DNA of 64,000 nt from Blastocladiella emersonii ATCC 22665 (GCA_025594325.1 JANHCV010000006.1:1798001-1862000), one strand, 5' to 3'; positions 10,001-22,511 are shown, counted from the stretch's first letter. Numbers and translations: made by a program. The notes: generated by a model not told the origin, from the letters alone.

Positions 10001-12063
10001 TACCGCCGCCGTTGTCTCGGCGCAGGAGGACGACGACTCGCTATCGGGCACCGTGACGTGGGCCGTGTACCGCGCGTACATCAACGCGTGCGGCAAGCGC
10101 GGCCTGATCCTGTTCGTGCCCTGCTTCCTCATGGGCAACGCCATCATGGCGCTGCACTCCTACTGGCTGCAGGTCATGTCGACGGCCATCAACGACGCGC
10201 CGCCCGAAAAGCCCGCCGACCTCACCTTCTACCTCGGCGTGTACGGCGGGCTCACGGCGCTCAACGTCGTCGTCATGGCCACGCTCGCGCTCGTCTCGCT
10301 CACCGTCATGTCCGTCAACGCGTCGCGCCTCCTCCACGCCGGCCTCATTGCCCGCGTCATGCGCGCGCCCATGTCGTGGTTCACGGTGATCCCCGCTGGC
10401 CGGTACGTTTCGCGCTCGGCAAGTCCCGACTCAGGTTCGCGAGCTCACGCCTGGACTCGCCCCTCGTGTAGCATCGTCAACCGCTTCTCGTCCGATATCA
10501 GCGCCATCGACGAGTCGATCCCGCTCACGCTCATCAACTTTACCTTCAACGCGGGCATGATCCTGTCGACGTTCGCCATCATCGGCATCTCGACTCCGTT
10601 CGTCCTGATCCTCGTGCCCTTCGCCATCGGCATCCTGTTCCTCCTCGGCATGTACTACCTCAAGGCGAGCCGCGAGCTCAAGCGCATGGACTCGTCGACC
10701 ATCGCGCCCGTGTACCAGCGCTTCGAGGAGACCCTGCACGGGCTCGTCTCGATCCGCGCGTACGCGGCGTCGGGCACCTACGCCGACCAGATGGGCGAGG
10801 CCATTGACCGCAACAACCGCGCCCGGTACCTGTCGCTGTCGCTCGGCCGCTGGCTCACCGTCAACTCGACGGCGCTCGCGTCGCTCTTCATCCTCGCCGT
10901 CGGCCTCGTCGCCGTCTTTACCCGCGGCTCGTCCACCTCGGCCATGATCGGACTCGCGATCACCCAGGCCCAGTCGCTCGTGTTCGGGTTCCGCGTCGTC
11001 GTCAACGTCGCGTGCCAGATGGAGAGCGGTACGCTTTTTCGCGCGTGTGTGTATGGCTGGATCGCGTGGTCGAGATACTGACGCGAACGCATCGGCGCTG
11101 CGTAGAAATGGTTGCCGTCGAGCGTGTCCTGCAGTACTCGGAGGTCGACCAGGAGGCCGCGGCCAAGACGGACGTGGCGCTCCCCGCCGACTGGCCCGTC
11201 GCTGGCGCCGTCGAGTTCCTCGACTACTCGACCACGTACCGCTCCGACCTCCCGCCGGTTCTCCGCCAGGTCAACGTCACGATCGCGCCCGGCACGCGTG
11301 TCGGTATTGTTGGACGGCACGCTTTTAATCGCCTTACCTCGCCTTGGACGTGATACTGACCCTTCTTGACCGCTTCACTAGCACTGGCGCGGGCAAGTCG
11401 TCGCTGACGCTCGCCCTGTTCCGCATCATCGAGGCGACGGGCGGCAGCATCTCGATTGACGGCACGGACCTGTCGACGCTGGGCCTGGCCGACCTGCGCT
11501 CGCACCTGTGCATCATCCCGCAGGACCCGCAGCTGTTCGAGGGCACGCTGCGCGACAACCTCGACCCGCGCGGCGACTACGACGACGCGGCCATCTGGCG
11601 CGCGCTCGAGCTCTCGCACATGCAGGAGCGCGTCGCCAACCTCGAGGGGAAGCTCCAGGCCGCCGTCGCAACGGGCGGGTCCAGCTTCTCGAGCGGCGAG
11701 CGCCAGCTCCTCACGCTCGCGGCCGCCATCCTGCGCAAGCGTCGTGTCGTCATCTTCGACGAGGCGAGTGGGAGCCTCGACGCCGAGACGGACGCGATCA
11801 TTCAGAAGACGATTCGCGAGGAGTTTGCGGGGTGCACGGTGCTCACGATCGCTCACCGGTGCGTTTACCTGCCTCGTGCGGTTCTGCGGCCCGATTACTC
11901 ACAATTCGTGACCGCGCAATGTAGCATCAACACGATCATTGACTCGGACAAGATCCTCGTCCTCGACGAGGGCCGCGTTGCCGAGTACGAGTCGCCCGAG
12001 GTGCTCTTGCAGCGACCCGAGAGTCTCTTTGCCAAGCTGGTCGAGGACTCGCGCACGCACTGA
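7009..12063 (+). CDS. ABCC/MRP-type ABC transporter (TMD0-TMD1-NBD1-TMD2-NBD2)
   Basis: Walker A GRVGEGKS and GRTGAGKS, Q-loops YVPQ and IIPQDP, NBD2 FSSGERQLL/IFDEAS. Introns at 7324..7425, 9394..9473, 10403..10471, 11029..11105, 11317..11381 (GC-AG) and 11859..11924. Confidence 0.95.
7370..7393 (+). repeat. (CAC)8 microsatellite followed by a CT-rich tract inside ABCC intron 1
   Basis: Read directly from the sequence. Confidence 0.9.
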
Positions 12064-12150
12064 AGTGGTTGAGGCTAGTTTTGGAAATACATGTAGACGA
12101 TTTACTTCCTATCAGTGCTTGCTTGGTTTTCGCGAGAGTGCTGAGCTCGG

Positions 12151-12186
12151 GTCGCGTCGCGCCCCACACGTGTGGGGCGCAACGCG
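12151..12186. repeat. CACGTG-centred palindromic element, copy 1
   Basis: Perfect 22-bp palindrome GCGCCCCACACGTGTGGGGCGC at 12159..12180, extended by CGCGT/ACGCG arms with one mismatch. Confidence 0.85.
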
Positions 12187-12715
12187 GGTCTTCCTTGCCA
12201 TTAAGGTCAAATTAGCAGGAATGTAACAAGCACTCGTCGTTTTCATTGTTACTAACTGATAGGAGTTGCCGGTGAGCGGACTGTCGGTCACTCTGGGTGC
12301 CCCGTGTGTGGCCCAGCTGGCCAACCGCCTTTGAGCATGTCCTGTTGACTCTCAACGAAAACTCGAGCGAGCAAAAACCCATTGCGTTTCGTTTCAAGTT
12401 GGGGCTCTTGACCATGAACACCATCCTACAGAAGTCATCCCCCGATGTTCCCATACTCGAAACTCAAGCACGGCAAAGACTCGAGCCGCGTACGACACAG
12501 CGTCACCCGCTCCCGCGTCTCTGATCCTGACTCTCTCTCTCACGTCTCGACAGAAGGCTCAGTTTTATAGTGCGTTGGCGTCCGCCGACGATTCTGGCGG
12601 CCTGGAGTTGCCCACGTTCTCACCTTCGCCCAAGAGCGTGACAGCCAGAGCAGCGCGTGGGGCTCGAGCAACACCTTCAATTCACCCTGTCGCCGAACCT
12701 AGCAAGGGCAAGAGC

Positions 12716-13054
12716 ATGGACGCCGAGCAGAGTTCGGTCACTCTTACCGAGCACGACGGGCACAAGGTCGTCACGAAGGGCTCGGCCAAGCTCGAAGCGG
12801 CCGTCGCTCCGTCTTCTGAGACCAAGTCGCAACCGGCGGGAAAAACGACACAGCCCAAGCGCAACATCAATCCATTAGTTCTGGTTGGGGGCGCTCTTGT
12901 AGATGTGAGCCTACTTACCCTTGTCATCCACAGCCCAACGATCGCGAAGCTGTTGTCAATGAACGTCACTTTGGTCACCTACGGCGGTATTTCCCTGTTC
13001 ATCGGCATGAGCGTTTGTATCAGTCACCTCATCCCGTTAAAATATTTTGCTTGA
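12716..13054 (+). CDS. Small hypothetical membrane protein (112 aa, two hydrophobic segments)
   Basis: ATG-started ORF MDAEQSSV... with hydrophobic stretches PLVLVGGALVDVSLLTLVI and LVTYGGISLFIGMSVCISHLI. No family recognised. Confidence 0.35.
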   Translation: MDAEQSSVTLTEHDGHKVVTKGSAKLEAAVAPSSETKSQPAGKTTQPKRNINPLVLVGGALVDVSLLTLVIHSPTIAKLLSMNVTLVTYGGISLFIGMSVCISHLIPLKYFA

Positions 13055-13295
13055 CCCAGGCAAACGGTACTTTGCAAGGTCTGAGAAGTACCAGGGATTC
13101 GCGCAGTTGGCGGCTACTGCAACGTGGTAGACCGAGTCCCGTCCTCACTGCTGAAGGCATTTTCGTCCGACTCTATCGCTCGTTCGTGTGCTCGGTCACC
13201 CTAGTCTGGTACGATCTAGTGAGCTTAAATCGGTAGACTCACGCCCAGCTACGGTCGAGATCGCAACGACAACTCGCTGAAGCGCTCGCACCAAA

Positions 13296-13331
13296 GTCGC
13301 GTCGCGCCACACACGTGCGTGGCGCATCGCG
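13296..13331. repeat. CACGTG-centred palindromic element, copy 2
   Basis: GTCGCGTCGCGCCACACACGTGCGTGGCGCATCGCG, 32/36 identical to copy 1. Confidence 0.85.
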
Positions 13332-13379
13332 ATTCGTTTCCCAATCAGACATGCAGGACGCGACGTTAAAGACTGTTTA

Positions 13380-14946
13380 TTACTTAAAAATGTTGATGGC
13401 CTGCGGGATTCGAGCATACAGCGACCGCTCATCACATGCGGTTCCGTCCACTCGCGCCTTGGTCGCAACCACCTCTGCGCGCCAGTCAACATAGCGCGTC
13501 AGGTACAGAAGCTCGCCGCAGAAACACGTCGCAAGGCCGACGGCGAGCCCCCACCAAGAACCGTGCAAACCGGCTCCAGCGACAAACGTCAATAGAAGCC
13601 CAAGCGGGACGGCGATGAGGTAGTACGAGGACATGGTGAACGCGGCACCAACGTTTTGCTTGCCGCAGCCGCGGAACACGCGGTTCATGATGCACACGCC
13701 GGCGTCGGTGACGTGGAATAGCGCGACGATTGGAAGCACAGACGCGACCATGGCGATCAGCTCGGGGTCGGTTGTGAATGCGAGCGGAAGCCGGTACCGG
13801 AACACGAAGAGGAGCGATGCCGTGACGAGACTGGCGACCACGCACATTGCGATCGCGACTCGGGTTGTGAGGCGAGCACCACGTGCGTCGCCAGCACCAA
13901 GGTGGTTGCCAACGCGAGCACCAGTGACCATGGCAAGGCCCGAGAAGGCGACAATGATAGTGGATGAGATGTTGAGAATAATCGCCTGCGCCGCGAGCGG
14001 GATCGGCCCCAAGGTGCCGGCCGAGATCGCGATCAGCTCAAAGCACCACCAGTCGGCGCACAGCATGAGCAAACCTGGGATCCCGAGAGCAATGTACGAG
14101 CCCCACCCGCGCAAGACCTCGGCCGACCACGGATTCCACCGCCGGTATCCGTCGACGTGGAACATGTAGAACGCCGTCAGGAGCAGGCCGATCCACTCGC
14201 ACGCCGCCCGCGCGACCGCGGTGCCAAATTAACCCAGATTAAAGACCGAGGTTTCGAAGGTCAGCCAGTACCCGATCCCCGCGTTAAACGGGACCGTGAT
14301 CATGCAGACGAGCAGCTGGACGTGCGTGATGTCCTGTGCGAGGAGGAACTTGTCGATACAGTCGCTGACCGTCATGGGCAGGATTCCGAATGCGAGAATG
14401 CGAATGTAGTCACCCGCCATGCTTGAGAGCTCGGGGTCCTGGCCAACCAGTAGAAGCAGCGGCTCGGCAAAGCACCACGCGGCCGAGAGTGGAACGGCGA
14501 GGGCAAAGTTGATCAGGATCGCGCGTTGCAGGTAGATCCCGGCCTGCCGCGGGTTCGATGCGCCCGTCACAGCTTGCGCGGCGAGCGTATCGAGCGCAGT
14601 TGAGATGCCAAAGAAAAGCGAGTAACCGAGCACGTTTGAGAACTAAAAGTTGGGAGAGGTTAGTCGACCAGCTGGAGCGTTTCAGAGTACGTGAGCTTAC
14701 CATGATCGCCAGCGTTGACGCTGCCAGCTCCTTGGAGCCCAAGTGGCCAACAATGAGGGTCGGAACGACGTTGTTGGCGTAGGACAGTGCAGCACCGCCA
14801 ATGCAAGGGATCGCAGAACGGGTCAAGATTTTGGCTTCCGTCAGGGATTCTCGCAGTATAGATCCATAATCCCTCGCGCGCAAAAGCTTCGTGGCGGCCT
14901 GATTTGCAAGAGGCTCGTAGTTCGGGAGAGTTGATGGCTGATTCAT
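13380..14946 (-). pseudogene. MATE (multidrug and toxic compound extrusion) transporter with an in-frame premature TAA
   Basis: MATE motifs IVGHLGSKELAA, GISTALDTLAAQAVTG, GIYLQRA, MLCADWWCFE, RVGNHLGAG and RGCGKQ. Intron 14643..14700. TAA at 14229-14231 interrupts ...NLG*FGTAVARAACEW..., and the downstream ORF is in the same frame. Confidence 0.85.
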
Positions 14947-15341
14947 GGTCTACGTTGTGTGGGGAGCGAGGACAGGGCGCGCCCCCTCCGAATCCGGATT
15001 TGAGGCGTCAGCAGGTGAACTTTGGGCCCATCGGGTGATGGCCGATCCGTTTGCACGGCTTCCCCGGAGGTATTGATTGCTCGGTGATGTCCCCACAGGA
15101 AGCGCCTTTGCTCGGCTTTAGAAAAGTTTGGGGCAGACAGACAGGGCCTTGTAATCCAGGCGCGGCCGTGAACAGCGTCCTGATCAGGGATTTTGAACGC
15201 AATCCGAGCTCAAAGGCTTGAGCCCGAGAAACAAAGTGTACTGAGCGGAACAGGAGGTTCCAGCACACCTCTACGGTCTGCTGCGTGTTCAATGGAACCC
15301 CCGCTAGGTGTGATCGGCGCCGTGATGCGCGCCGAAACCAC

Positions 15342-15367
15342 GCGTTGCGCCGCACGTGGCGCAACGC
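15342..15367. repeat. CACGTG-containing palindromic element, copy 3
   Basis: GCGTTGCGCC-GCACGT-GGCGCAACGC has 10-bp perfect inverted arms matching the consensus arms. Confidence 0.75.
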
Positions 15368-15469
15368 AATTCCGTTACCGAAGGGCGACGCGGTATGACG
15401 CGTCGCGTTCGCTTCAACTCTCATCCCCACGAACTCGCACAAATCATGGAAACCAATGAACTAGGCTTC

Positions 15470-16039
15470 ATGTAACCAACGACTACTATCGCGGAGCTCC
15501 CCGTAGAGCTGTTTTTGCCCGTGTTGGTTCTCGCCGAGTCGCGGTGTCTCGTCGTCGCGACCACGCGCGGCCTCTCGATGGCGGCGGCCGCCCCGGAAGT
15601 CAGGCGAGCGTTGATGAATGACGTTCTCGGCCGGCGAGTGCCGAAACCTTTGCTGAACCGCTACTTGATTGGACGTAGGTGTCCCAGCGATGTCGACGCG
15701 CTCCTCGCATACACGGCCGAGGTTCTTTCGGGTAGTAGTGCGGCACGCCGTGTCGTCAACCGTGATGATTCCGCCTTCTACCACGTCACCTTGCTCTACT
15801 CGGAGCTCTCCAGTTACCTCCTCAAACTTGCTCAAGCCGCTATCGAACGGTCTGGTCGCGATCTCGCCTCTGTTGTGGATGGCCTGCTTGCTCGCCAGCC
15901 TGTTTACCAGCGAGCCCAATTGCGGGCGGGTTTCGCTCGCTCAGCGCAGACCATATCGCTTGCATTCTTGTTTCTGTGCGTCAATCCCTCCCCGGCCTCT
16001 TCCTGGTTCGGATGCAGCTTTGTAGGTGGGTGTCGCTGA
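15470..16039 (+). pseudogene. Family B (F-box-like N-terminus) gene fragment with a stop at codon 2
   Basis: ATG TAA CCA ACG ACT ACT ATC GCG GAG CTC CCC GTA GAG reads M*PTTTIAELPVELFLPVLVLAESRCLVVATTRGLS. This aligns by eye with LSALPAELLTLVLQLALPQSAIYLAARGLS of the 59-kb gene. Confidence 0.6.
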
Positions 16040-16113
16040 CGCGAATGCGCCAACTCAAGTATATCGGTCATCGGCGCAACGACAATCCCAGCTGTGCAAC
16101 TTTTTCTCGGTGC

Positions 16114-17538
16114 ATGCACTCGGGAACGGAGAAGACCAAGGACACGAACACGGACACGTTTGGTGCGCTCCAGGTCAAGAAGTCGACCAGTAGCCTCAAG
16201 CGACGCAACACGGCGCCGTGCGAGGTTCAGGCGGACGACGGCAACGTCGTCGTGCAGGCCCAGGTCAAGGGGCCAAGTTCCGGCAACGACATTGCCCGTG
16301 GCAGCACCGTCGATATTGTCGAGGCTGGCTCGACCGACGGTGCTCCTGCTGCTGCTGCGGGTATCGACGCCAAGGACGCCGATGAGGGCCTCGCCCCCGA
16401 GCCCCTGGCCGCGAAACGCGTTGTAATTCCCGTTCCCGCGGCCGAAAGCAAGGTGATCGAGGACAAGGTGATCGAGTACGAGGGCGGGTCGGTCGCTGCG
16501 CCCGCTCCCGCTCCCGCCGATCGGTCTCGCCGCGACTCGGGTGTCGCGCCCGATACGGCGGCCGTCGTGGCCGGGATCATCGCCCAGTCGGCGGCCGTCG
16601 CGCAGGCCACGGTCGAGTCGCCCGTCATTGCCGAGCAGGTCGGCGCCGCGCAGTCCGTCGTCGAGCTGGTCTCCGACGCGACTCCGCAACCGGTTCAGCA
16701 GCAGCGACAGGAGCCGGTCCTGGTTCCGGTCCAGGGCAAGGAGCAGGCCGTGCCGACGGCCACCATCACGCGGTTCGAGGCGATCGTGTCGGTGCTCAAG
16801 GACGGCCCTTCCTCGGTCGCAGCCGGCAAGGCCGCGCTCAAGCCCGTCCGTGCCGTCGAGCTGACGCGCGCTGCCTACGTGACAATGACCATGCGTGCGC
16901 TGATCTCGACGGCCAAGGACACGGTGCAGCTCGCCGAGCTCGAGGCGGCGCGCATCGCCAAGCACCTCGCGCCGTCGCATAAGGCCGCCGACCTGCTGCC
17001 GTATGCGCTCGCGTCGCCCATCTCCAGCGAGGCGATGCGCCAGTGTCACCTCAACGGCGCGATCCTCCTCGGCAACCCGCACGGCGTCGCGCTCGCCATG
17101 TGCCCCGTCGACGCCAACCTGTGGTGCGGCGTGCACGGGGCCGATGCCGCCGCGGCGCAAGAGTACCGCGCCGCGATTTCGAACGCCTACTCGGCGCTCG
17201 CTCGCGCGCTGCCGGTCGACCCCGTGGAGCGGCTTGCGGTGCTCGACGAAGTCGCGGCGGTACACCCGGCGCTCAAGCCGCTTGCCCTGGTCGTCGCGTT
17301 CCTCTTCCTCAACGCCGGGACCCGGCTCAAGGAGACCGTGGCCGCGATCGAGCGGCTGTGGCGGTTCCCGCTCGAGCACCAGTCGCCCCTGACCGAGGCG
17401 CAGAAGGATGCGATCAAAGAGGCGACGACCAACGTCGCGCTTCGGGTGCACTTGGGCGCGATTTTGCAGTCGGGCGTGCGCGAGTACCGCGGCCTGCTGC
17501 CGTCGGCGCTGCAGCTCACGCCCGTCGTGCCCATGTAA
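16114..17538 (+). CDS. Uncharacterised protein (Ala/Val/Pro-rich N-terminal half, helical C-terminal domain)
   Basis: Intact 474-codon ORF with strongly GC3-biased codons. No family recognised. Confidence 0.8.
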   Translation: MHSGTEKTKDTNTDTFGALQVKKSTSSLKRRNTAPCEVQADDGNVVVQAQVKGPSSGNDIARGSTVDIVEAGSTDGAPAAAAGIDAKDADEGLAPEPLAAKRVVIPVPAAESKVIEDKVIEYEGGSVAAPAPAPADRSRRDSGVAPDTAAVVAGIIAQSAAVAQATVESPVIAEQVGAAQSVVELVSDATPQPVQQQRQEPVLVPVQGKEQAVPTATITRFEAIVSVLKDGPSSVAAGKAALKPVRAVELTRAAYVTMTMRALISTAKDTVQLAELEAARIAKHLAPSHKAADLLPYALASPISSEAMRQCHLNGAILLGNPHGVALAMCPVDANLWCGVHGADAAAAQEYRAAISNAYSALARALPVDPVERLAVLDEVAAVHPALKPLALVVAFLFLNAGTRLKETVAAIERLWRFPLEHQSPLTEAQKDAIKEATTNVALRVHLGAILQSGVREYRGLLPSALQLTPVVPM

Positions 17539-18136
17539 ATAGCTTTTGGTACGTTGCTCGGCGTGTGTTTGCCGCTCGAGCTCTGATAATTTTTGTACCA
17601 TATACCGGTTTTTGTGCGCCCGCCGCGGCGCTTTGTGCAATTCCTGTCCTTCCGAGAAGCACGAGGAGTTCTCGAGCTGAGCTGGCTCGCGCATCAAGGC
17701 GACTGAAGTCGCTCGACCAACTCGCGCATCACACAAGGCGCCTCGAGATTCCTCAGGCTCCCGGAGCTCGAACTCGTGGCGCGCAAGCTGAGAGCTCGGA
17801 TCGGCGACGATAAAGGCCATTGCAGCTCCACAGAGCAAAGCGCGCCGTAAGGCCAGCCGTGTCGCTCGGCCGGCAAGCTCAACGACGAGTTACAGGGCAC
17901 AACTCAATCTCACCAATAGTGCTCCGGAGACAGATTGCATGGAGTTCATGGACATGTAGCTGCATTGGAGACGCGGCAAACGAGCCAGGCGACGGCGGCC
18001 GAGCGGCCACGGTCGCGTTGCTCACGGCGCGTGACGCGTCACTCCGTTCAAAAATCGCTTTCCCGCACGAGCGCGCGTGCGGCTTCGGGCAAGAGCTCAA
18101 TCAATCCTCTCACAACTCGATGCACAACCCTCTGCC

Positions 18137-20574
18137 ATGAAGCACAAAGTAACTGCAATGGATCGAGCAACGGTCGACGACATCGCCCTTGGCCCTGAGA
18201 CCGCCTTCGGCGGTGGTGGCGATGCCGAGCTTACTCTTGTCAACGCCCCGCACGACGTGCTCTTGCTGGTCCTCCAGCTCGTCGAGCCGCGCGATTGCGT
18301 GCCTTCCGCGTCTCGAGAGCTTCAGCGCGTCGTCGGTGACCGAGACGTGCAGCTTGTTTGGGACCGGCAGCGCTTGACTCCCTGGCTTCGCAAAGCTTTC
18401 AACAGTGCCGACTATCGCAACGTCTTTCCGCGCACCGACCTCGAGTGTTGTCTGCTGTCCGTCAAGTCCGGCACACTGGACCGGCCCAATCGTAACTTTG
18501 ACCGCGCGGCCTCGAGCGTCCTTCTCGAGCTCATCCGGCCGATTCTTGCGGCTTCCACAGCGGGCTCGGCGTGTCTTAGTGCGCTTGTACGTTCTCCCGT
18601 CACGGCTAGCGCGAACAGTGGTCGCAAGATGAACGACAATACCGACTCGGACGATGGTTCTGGATCTGGTTCTGTAATGAGCCCGGCGCATCAACTCAAC
18701 ACCGTGTACGATATCGGTAATCCTAGTAGTCGGCTTGCCGCGGCATTTCTGCGTGCGGGCTCGACGCGCAGTTGCACGGACCCTGCACCATCCTGCCTTG
18801 AATCGCCAGTCTTCTCCCAAGTTCAGTTTCTCGTCGCCGTCGTCATGCAGTGCAACACGACGGCATGCCGATGGGTGCTCGAGGACACGCTCAAACGAGC
18901 GCCCGAGCTTCTCAATCACGTTCGAAGCGACTGGTTCAATATTCATACTGCTTTCTCAAGCCTCACGCTGTTGAAACTTGCGCAACCGATCAGTCTCGTC
19001 GACTACCTCTCACTTCTCTCCATGCTGGCCTGGAAGCCGGGCCTTCTCGAGTCCCTTGGTGACGCGGGTCACTCTGTCAACGTACCTGTACTCGGTGATA
19101 TCGTTTTGAACGATACGCGCTTCAGCCACGCTCTTTCGTGCAACTTTCCAAAGACTGCCGCGGCTGCTCCTGACGTGTCGCGCGCAGTCGACTGGCTCTT
19201 TCGGTTTGCACCATCGGTTGCAGACCGCCTTGTCGCGTCTGGCCTGCTGAACTCTCTCAACCAGTCGCACATGCTCCCGGCGCTTGCTCACGCTCTCGAT
19301 TGCTACCCGACCAAGCTACTCGCAGACGTGCCGCCGAGCGATCGCGCACGCCTTCGTGTGACACTGCACGAGAATGGCCATCCGGTGGCCCTGTCTCGAC
19401 TCCTTGACGGCGACAGTTCGCGCAACGTCGAGGCCCTTGGTACCGTCTTGGCTTACGCTCTCCGCGGCAGCAAGGACGAGGGCATCAAGGTGGCTTTGCG
19501 TGATCTTTGCGAGGCGGTCGTTGAGCAAGCTGGTTCACAAGTTTCGCGTGTGGTCGTGAATGGTGCGCTTCGCGAATCGTGAAACCCACAGCTCAGCCTG
19601 ATAACTGATTGAATCTCGCATGTGGTCCGTAGCTTTCCTCTACTTTCTTGACGCGAAGCACTTCCACACGAGCGGCGCCCGCCGTGTCTTCGGGTTCGCT
19701 CATCAACAGTTGCGCCACCAGATGCCTTTGCTCCTGGGCAAGTTTGCCCAATGCATTCGCACGGGACGCGATCCTTACGACACGAAGCACCGCAAACCCC
19801 TCGCACGGCCCGAGTTACGCTTCAACACCGTCTTCGATGAGTCGACCAGCGACCAGGCACTAATGACGTCGATGTTTGCGCTTCTCTTGACCATTGTTGA
19901 CCACGCTCGCGAAAACGACTGTGTGGACTACACTCGGTCTCATTGGCTCGTCGTGGCCGCTTTGCAGAGTCCTTTTACCCGGGTCAACGCGATACGCAAA
20001 TGTCCAGAGCTCCCGGCTCGCTGCGAAGCTTCTTGGAATCATGCTTCGGGCCAACATTGCATCGTACGAGCGCGTCACCATCAGACCTTCGATCTCAGGC
20101 GCTGGCCTCGTACAACTGTGTGAAAAGTGCCCACTCTTGGGGCAGGAGCCGTGCCTTGCAACGTTTTCCGATTTGTTTGGTATGCTTCGCGGCCTTTCGA
20201 AGCTTCCCGACTTTGCCAAGGTTGCGCTGTGCTGCAGCCTGAACGACCCCCTCATGCGCACTGTATGGTTCAGCAAGCCGTACCGCGCCAGGAAGATGCT
20301 GGATTCCTGCCTCCAGCACTTGAACGACTTTCCCGTGCGCGAGTTGCTCCGCCTGCTCGCCCGGCCCGACCTCAGCGGCCTGCTCACCGTCTTGTCCAGC
20401 AGCGGCTGCCTGACGCAGGCCGAGTTTTGGCGCCAGGTCCCCGACGGCGCTCTCGACGCAGTTCGCGATGCCGTGTGGATCCGACGCGTGATCGCGTCTT
20501 GCACTGGCGAGGCGGGCGAGGAGTGCATCGAGGAGCTCAAGCGCGTCGCACCGATTGGGACCTCACAGCAGTAA
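18137..20574 (+). pseudogene. Family B gene (F-box-like N-terminus plus long helical region) with a frameshift near 20000
   Basis: Exon 18137..19562 and intron 19563..19632 (GTGCGC...CCGTAG) join in frame to AFLYFLD. HWLVVAALQSPFTRVNAIR (similar to paralog AWLPVAALQNRLTRDNSIR) and FWRQVPDGALDAVRDAVWI (similar to FWRSVPSGALDGVRDAQWI) lie in different frames. Confidence 0.75.
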
Positions 20575-20788
20575 TTGTTGGTTTGTGCTGACTCTGTTCT
20601 TTGCTCAGTACATCTCGCTTCTGTGGTCGAGCATGGAGTCTTGAGAGAATTGATCAGATGGGAAGCGAGGCCGATCGGTGCCGGGACGCGTTGCGCCACA
20701 CGCGTGCCATGTTTCAAGAAGCTGCGCCTCTCTTTCCGCGCCGCGATTCCTTACATTACTCGATCAAAACTGCCATTATATAGCACTT

Positions 20789-21857
20789 TCACACTTCCTT
20801 GGTTGGCGGGTGCATTTGCGCGAAATCGTTCTCCATCCAGAAGGCGATCACGTCATCCGCTTTGCGAAAGGACGCACTACTAAAACTATCGGCAGTGTAC
20901 AGAATGTGATGTCCGGATTTCTTCCAGCACCTTGAGCATCGCGTTCATGACGCTCTTGTTGGCCGCGGTGGTTTTGAACGCAGCGCTCGTGTACTTGAGA
21001 GGGAGTCCCGATTCGAGCCACCATCCAAGGCACGAGATGTGGCCTTGCTCGCACGCCCCATCGACTGCCACGCTCGTATACATCAAACCGGTTGGGTGAT
21101 TTTCGAAACACTAACGCAGAATCTCCACGTATCCACGGCGGCTGTCCGAGTCGACGTACCGGCGAACAGGGGTGCGCTCAAGGCTCCGCGAGTTCAGCTT
21201 GAGCAGGTCTGCCCACCAGTCCAAGACCGCTGTGGTTCCGGTTTTCGAGCCCGCCTCCCAAAAGACCGAGTCCTTGACCAAACCAACGAGGTTCTCGCCG
21301 CCCACCGCGCGCTTCCACAGCTTGAGCACATCCATGCGCTCGTCCCGTGTCGCGGCTCCAAGAATCGTGCGGATTGTAGGCATCATATGGAGACACTGGC
21401 TGCGAAAGAGACATTCCAAGATGCACAAGCAAGGAGGCCGAGCCTTGTACGCAGCCAGCACAAAGTTCTCCTCGTCGATGTGTTGTGCACAAGTACCAGA
21501 CGATCTTGGGTCGGAGTTGCCCTCACAACTGGTCCGGAGCGCGAGGAGCCTGTCAGGGCGGTTGTCCGAGTAGGCGTGGAACACGGCCATGCCCAGGTGG
21601 TGGTCAAACACGTATCGGCGGAGCCGGCCGAGCCCGTGGATAACCTTGAAGTACTGCGAGAGCGTATGTGCGACGGAGCTCGGTGGGCCACCGGGACACT
21701 GACTTCTGACGAACACTTCAAAACGTGAAGCGGAAGCGTGAAAAGCCGAGGCGCAGCGGCAGGTGGAGCGGACGGGGTCGCAGTACTCGCATGCAGCTGC
21801 GGCCGCGTAGAGTAGCACGTCCTCGATGAGGTCGAGCATGAGGTCCTTGGTGTTCAT
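20789..21857 (-). pseudogene. Family A gene (F-box-like start plus ankyrin-like repeats) with a nonsense codon and a frameshift
   Basis: Paralog of 55436..56485: LDLIEDVLLYAAAAAC versus VDLVEDILLLAAAATC. GYVEILR*CF has TAG at 21111-21113 where the paralog has GFVETLKWW. The tail WKKSGHHILYT (paralog WRQSGQPILYT) is in a shifted frame near 20920. Confidence 0.85.
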
Positions 21858-22511
21858 TGGGTTACATTTATGCAGTTTCGAAAAGAAGGGGAGAGTCAGC
21901 GCGGAGAAGCGCTTCGCCCCAGTCGGCGTGCGTGCATGCGATCAGGACTTCCATCACGGCCAAAAAAGTCACATGATTGTTCGACGCGTCTCTCGGTTCG
22001 TTTACGACCCAGCACAGGGCGAGAAGGGCAACGAATTGAAATTATTCTGCTGGATTAAAATGTATGTAGCGCAACAATAGAAGCAGGTTACTTGCGATGG
22101 CGCAGATTGGCCGTTGGCTCGCGCAACTCGAAGTGAGGAACGAACAGGAACTGACGAAGCGTCGAATGGAGGAGTCGGATTTGCCGCGCATTGAAACAGG
22201 AATCGAACGTTGGTAACGTGCCAAATGGCCATTGACGCAACTGCAACGACTCAAGCATGGCGTGCCCGCGTTCGTCGTTTGGCATTCCCCTGACGGGCCA
22301 GCTCGCGTCCGCTCGCGTCCCACGCCATGAGGAGGGCTGGAAGCCCACTGGCTCAGGGCGGGCGGATTGAGGGAACGGGAAACGGACAGCTGACAACGAA
22401 CGGGCGGGATTTATGAATACACGCAGTGGACCAAACGATCCAAGGGATGATGGGAGGGAGGGGGTATGGGTGGATGGACTGACTGTACAGAAGGAAGATG
22501 GCCGACGGCGC

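Noticed and set aside
12151-13331. Palindromes as Helitron 3' hairpins
   Set aside because: No CTRR terminus at the expected distance on either strand of the copies checked, and no Rep/helicase in the window. Left open only as a relic possibility.
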